The notes beneath the pieces are model-generated. The model was not told the origin of the DNA, ran no database searches, and was given only the letters and a program-made list of their open reading frames with translations. Positions 51,725 to 54,164 of a stretch of DNA of 54,164 bases are shown here, one piece after another; position 1 is the stretch's first letter, and the number at the start of each line of letters is the position of its first letter. The DNA lies in IMG/VR virus record IMGVR_UViG_2829814883_000001, positions 1 through 54,164 of that record. The stretch is one strand, 5' to 3'. The DNA comes from a virus. The position numbers were made by a program, and so were the translations under genes.

Positions 51725-51954
51725 AGCGCCAGGACACCATCACCCTGCCCGGACGCCGCCGCGGCAAGACCGCAGTTACCGTCGAGGTTCTCCGACGCGT
51801 CCGCGAGGCCGTCCGCCAGGGCTTCACGGTCGAGGCCATCCACGTGGAGCAGGACTCGGTCGCCGTCGTCGTCAAGGACGTCTTCGACCGGCCGAGTAAA
51901 GCCCATGTGCCAATGACGCCCGAGAATCCCACCACTGGCGAGGAGGCGGCATAG
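51721..51954 (+). CDS. Hypothetical protein (77 aa)
   Basis: ATGA coupling to the previous gene. Confidence 0.45.
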   Translation: MKRQDTITLPGRRRGKTAVTVEVLRRVREAVRQGFTVEAIHVEQDSVAVVVKDVFDRPSKAHVPMTPENPTTGEEAA

Positions 51955-51956
51955 CC

Positions 51957-52235
51957 ATGTCCCGCGGCGGTCTCCCTGCTCGGTTTCCTCCTCATGGCGC
52001 CTGGCCCGGCATCATGCGGGCCGACGTGGCAGCCGCGTTCTTCGACTGCGCCAACACGGGCGAGCTGCGGCGCGCCATCACCCGGGGCGAGGCCCCTCCC
52101 CCGTCCGATCTGCGCGGGACCGGCCGGTCCAAGGAGCCTGTCTGGACATTGGAACAATGTCGCGCTTTCATTACGAGACGCTTCGGGTCCGGCGAGCGCC
52201 AGGCCGCGAGGGAGGACGTTTCGGATCTGATCTGA
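51957..52235 (+). CDS. Putative excisionase / small DNA-binding protein
   Basis: 92 aa immediately upstream of and coupled to int. MRADVAAAFFDC...ELRRAITRGEAPPP....W resembles HTH_17/AlpA-type excisionases. Confidence 0.4.
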   Translation: MSRGGLPARFPPHGAWPGIMRADVAAAFFDCANTGELRRAITRGEAPPPSDLRGTGRSKEPVWTLEQCRAFITRRFGSGERQAAREDVSDLI

Positions 52236-53518
52236 TGGCAAAATCGCTCCGCCGAAAGCCGCGCTACGTGGTCCGAATCCGGCTCGCCTCTGGCGAGAAC
52301 GGCTGGTATTTCCAGCTTCCCAGCTGGGCCAAGAAGGCAGGATGCCCTCTCAAGAACCAGCCTCTCGGCACCGACGTGGACGCAGCATGGGACCATGCCG
52401 AGCACGTCCTCCTGCCGCAATTCGATTCCTGGCGCACGGGAGGGCTTTCGGATCTCGTGCCCAGGCGGGCGGCCCCCGGAACCTTCGACTGGATGGTCAC
52501 GGTCTTCAAGACCGGACACCAATGGACCAAGCTGTCGAGGAAGATGCAGGGCACCCACGAACTCGGCTTCGACATGGTGGGGAACTATATCCTGAAGGAC
52601 GGGCGCCGCCTGGGAGCGCTGCCGCTTGAGGCCCTGACGACCAAGGTGGTCGACAAGCTTTATGAGGCCATCGCCTTCGTCGAAGAGCCCCTGCTCGACG
52701 AGGATGGCAAGCCTAAACTCGATGCCAGGGGCGTTCCCCTGATCGAAAAGCGCGAGCGGCGCACCACCGCCAACCATGCCATGAAGTCCTGCCGGCGGGC
52801 CTGGAACGTGGCGCAGAGGGCCGAGCCGGAGCTCGTGCCCCACCGCAACCCCTTCTCCAAGATGGGCCTGGTCAACAAGTCGAAGCCGACACCGACCGCC
52901 ACCTATGAGGAGCTGCTCGCCTTCGTCAAAACCTGCGACGAGAACGGCCGCGCCTCGCTCGGCACAGCAGCCCTCGTGCTCTGGGAGTGGCTGCAGCGGG
53001 TCGAGCACGTGTTCACCGCCCTCGAGGTGGCGCATTACCGCCCGAAGGATCGGCCGGACAACGTCCTCGTCGTCCATCCCAAAACCGGCGAGGAGGTGTG
53101 GCTGCCTCTCTTCGACGAGACTGGCGTAGCCCTCTATCCGGAGCTCATGGGCCGCCTGGACGAGGTCCGGCGCAACAGGATCTCGGGACTGGTGATGATG
53201 CGCGACTGGATCGACGAGTCCGAGGGCATTCCCCTGCCCTGGGCGACCCGCAAGGGCGACCTGTCCTACATGACGCACGAGGCCAAGCGGATGATCCGCC
53301 TCGCCGGCCTGCGGGACGAGCTCAGCCTTACCTCCTTCCGCCATGGCGGACTGACGGAGATGGGCGATGCGGACCTGACCGATTCCCAGATGCGTGCGAT
53401 CTCCCGCCACAAGTCGGCGAAGATCCTGCCGACCTACGTGAAGCGGACCCAGAAGCAGATCATGGAAGCGCAGAAGAAGCGGCGGGCCGTTCGTTCCGGA
53501 GGCAATGATGCCAACTAA
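52235..53518 (+). CDS. int: Tyrosine-type site-specific integrase
   Basis: ATG 52235 of track ORF 52157-53518. C-terminal catalytic pattern SFRHGGLTE...RAISRHKS...LPTYV (HxxR, H, Y). It lies adjacent to attR and the tRNA. Confidence 0.85.
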   Translation: MAKSLRRKPRYVVRIRLASGENGWYFQLPSWAKKAGCPLKNQPLGTDVDAAWDHAEHVLLPQFDSWRTGGLSDLVPRRAAPGTFDWMVTVFKTGHQWTKLSRKMQGTHELGFDMVGNYILKDGRRLGALPLEALTTKVVDKLYEAIAFVEEPLLDEDGKPKLDARGVPLIEKRERRTTANHAMKSCRRAWNVAQRAEPELVPHRNPFSKMGLVNKSKPTPTATYEELLAFVKTCDENGRASLGTAALVLWEWLQRVEHVFTALEVAHYRPKDRPDNVLVVHPKTGEEVWLPLFDETGVALYPELMGRLDEVRRNRISGLVMMRDWIDESEGIPLPWATRKGDLSYMTHEAKRMIRLAGLRDELSLTSFRHGGLTEMGDADLTDSQMRAISRHKSAKILPTYVKRTQKQIMEAQKKRRAVRSGGNDAN

Positions 53519-54113
53519 GAACCCTCAAAAGATCCCATACTACGTCGTCATCCGTGGCAACGGCTTTTGGCAGCCGACCGCACGAATGAAAGCGCTCGGG
53601 TTTCATAACGTGCCGTGCGGTCCGGACGGGCCCGAAGCCAGGAAAGTCGCTGAAGAGTGGAATGATCGTTGGCAGGAGGAGCGATCCGGAGGGCAGGCCG
53701 CTGCGAAGCTGAGAATGATGCAGCAGGAGCCCAATCATTCACGCCGAGGTGGATATGTCTACTTTTTCCAAGTCGGAAACCGCATCAAGATAGGCTTCTC
53801 GAAAGATCCAATTCACCGTCTGGCAGATCTTAAAACCGGCTTTTCAGCACTTCCAAGTCTCATAGCCGCCGTTCCCGGGACGAAGGCGGACGAAACTAAG
53901 CTCCATGCACAATTGCGCGCATACCGACAAGCTGGCGAATGGTTCGTTGCGGCAGCGCCAGTAAAGCGCATCATCCTGCGATCAGTGGCGCTTGGGATCC
54001 CCGCGCACAGTGATGAAACTAAGAACGAAAAGAGCCTAAAAACAGCTGATTTGTCTGAAGACATTCAGACAAAGCCGGCTAAACGAAGTCAGACAATCGG
54101 CCTAAGTCATTGA
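53505..54113 (+). CDS. Fusion of an integrase-N-terminal-like arm domain and a T5orf172/MUG113 (GIY-YIG-like) domain
   Basis: 202 aa. aa 10-60 (IPYYVVIRGNGFWQPTARMKALGF..VPCGPDGPEARKVAEEWNDRW) parallels the Int N-terminus (PRYVVRIR...NGWYFQLPSWAKKAGC...LGTDVDAAW). GYVYFFQVGNRIKIGFS.DP..RL..L is the T5orf172 pattern. The stop TGA (54111-54113) is the first 3 nt of the att repeat. Confidence 0.65.
   Translation: MMPTKNPQKIPYYVVIRGNGFWQPTARMKALGFHNVPCGPDGPEARKVAEEWNDRWQEERSGGQAAAKLRMMQQEPNHSRRGGYVYFFQVGNRIKIGFSKDPIHRLADLKTGFSALPSLIAAVPGTKADETKLHAQLRAYRQAGEWFVAAAPVKRIILRSVALGIPAHSDETKNEKSLKTADLSEDIQTKPAKRSQTIGLSH
54051..54096. promoter_or_regulatory. Three copies of TCAGACAA in the right att arm (candidate Int/Xis arm-type sites)
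   Basis: ttgtctga at 54051-54058 (inverted), tcagacaa at 54065-54072 and at 54089-54096. The first two form the palindrome TTGTCTGAA-gaca-TTCAGACAA. Confidence 0.45.
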
Positions 54114-54164
54114 AAATAATGGCGACTCCGGTAGGGCTCGAACCTACGACCTGCCGCTTAGAAG
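54111..54164. repeat. attR core: right copy of the 54-nt direct repeat
   Basis: Identical to 1-54. Confidence 0.9.
54120..54164 (-). tRNA. tRNA-Arg(UCU), 3' part only (positions 32-76); the 5' part would lie beyond the window end
   Basis: Same fold elements as the left copy. Whether it is intact cannot be seen, but the integrase-proximal position fits the usual int-tRNA arrangement. Confidence 0.6.

Larger units (their letters stand above)
1..54164. mobile_element. Complete prophage: lambda-like packaging/head module joined to a P2-like contractile tail, integrated in tRNA-Arg(UCU)
   Basis: Identical 54-nt sequence at both window ends. Integrase lies next to the right copy. Full packaging, head, tail, lysis, immunity and replication gene sets lie between the repeats. 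Confidence 0.9.

Overview
The whole window is one integrated temperate phage of about 54.1 kb. It is bounded by a perfect 54-nt direct repeat (1-54 = 54111-54164). The repeat is the 3' part (anticodon loop to CCA, plus 9 nt) of a minus-strand tRNA-Arg(UCU) gene. The tyrosine integrase sits at the right end, next to the copy that can belong to an intact tRNA. The left copy lacks a matching anticodon stem.

The DNA is visibly high-GC with strong GC3 codon bias (alphaproteobacterial style, judged by eye and hand sampling). I therefore treated many long ORFs in the track as antisense shadows and ignored them.

Layout:
(i) Left cargo on the + strand: brnT-brnA plus two coupled genes.
(ii) Late genes on the minus strand, read right to left from 33.1 kb: terS, lambda-gpA-type terL, lambda-type portal, gpW, ClpP-type protease, decoration protein, gpE-type capsid and connectors. 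Then a P2-type baseplate (V, PAAR, W, J, I), a 1082-aa DUF4815-like protein, tail fibre plus DUF4376 protein, sheath and tube. A 4-gene accessory island follows, then E/E' with a TTTTTTG -1 frameshift site, tape measure, U, X, D, an SGNH esterase, amidase endolysin, 3TM holin and a D12-class adenine methyltransferase.
(iii) Early genes on the minus strand, 42.4 to 34.0 kb: cro-like, HTH regulator, zinc-finger/Toprim primase, SPPY methyltransferase, hicAB (opposite strand), D5/P4-type helicase, and an iteron/AT-rich putative origin.
(iv) Immunity switch at 42.4-43.2 kb: a short XRE repressor, an alphaproteobacterial-type LexA box and a small convergent gene.
(v) A + strand operon from 43.2 to 54.1 kb: HD hydrolase, DUF2303, a phage-borne dnaN, DUF4031, Gp37/Gp68, xis-like, int, and an Int-N-like/T5orf172 fusion whose stop codon lies in the att core.

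I saw no rRNA, CRISPR array or transposase. All family names come from recalled sequence motifs. No database search or computation beyond hand counting was possible.
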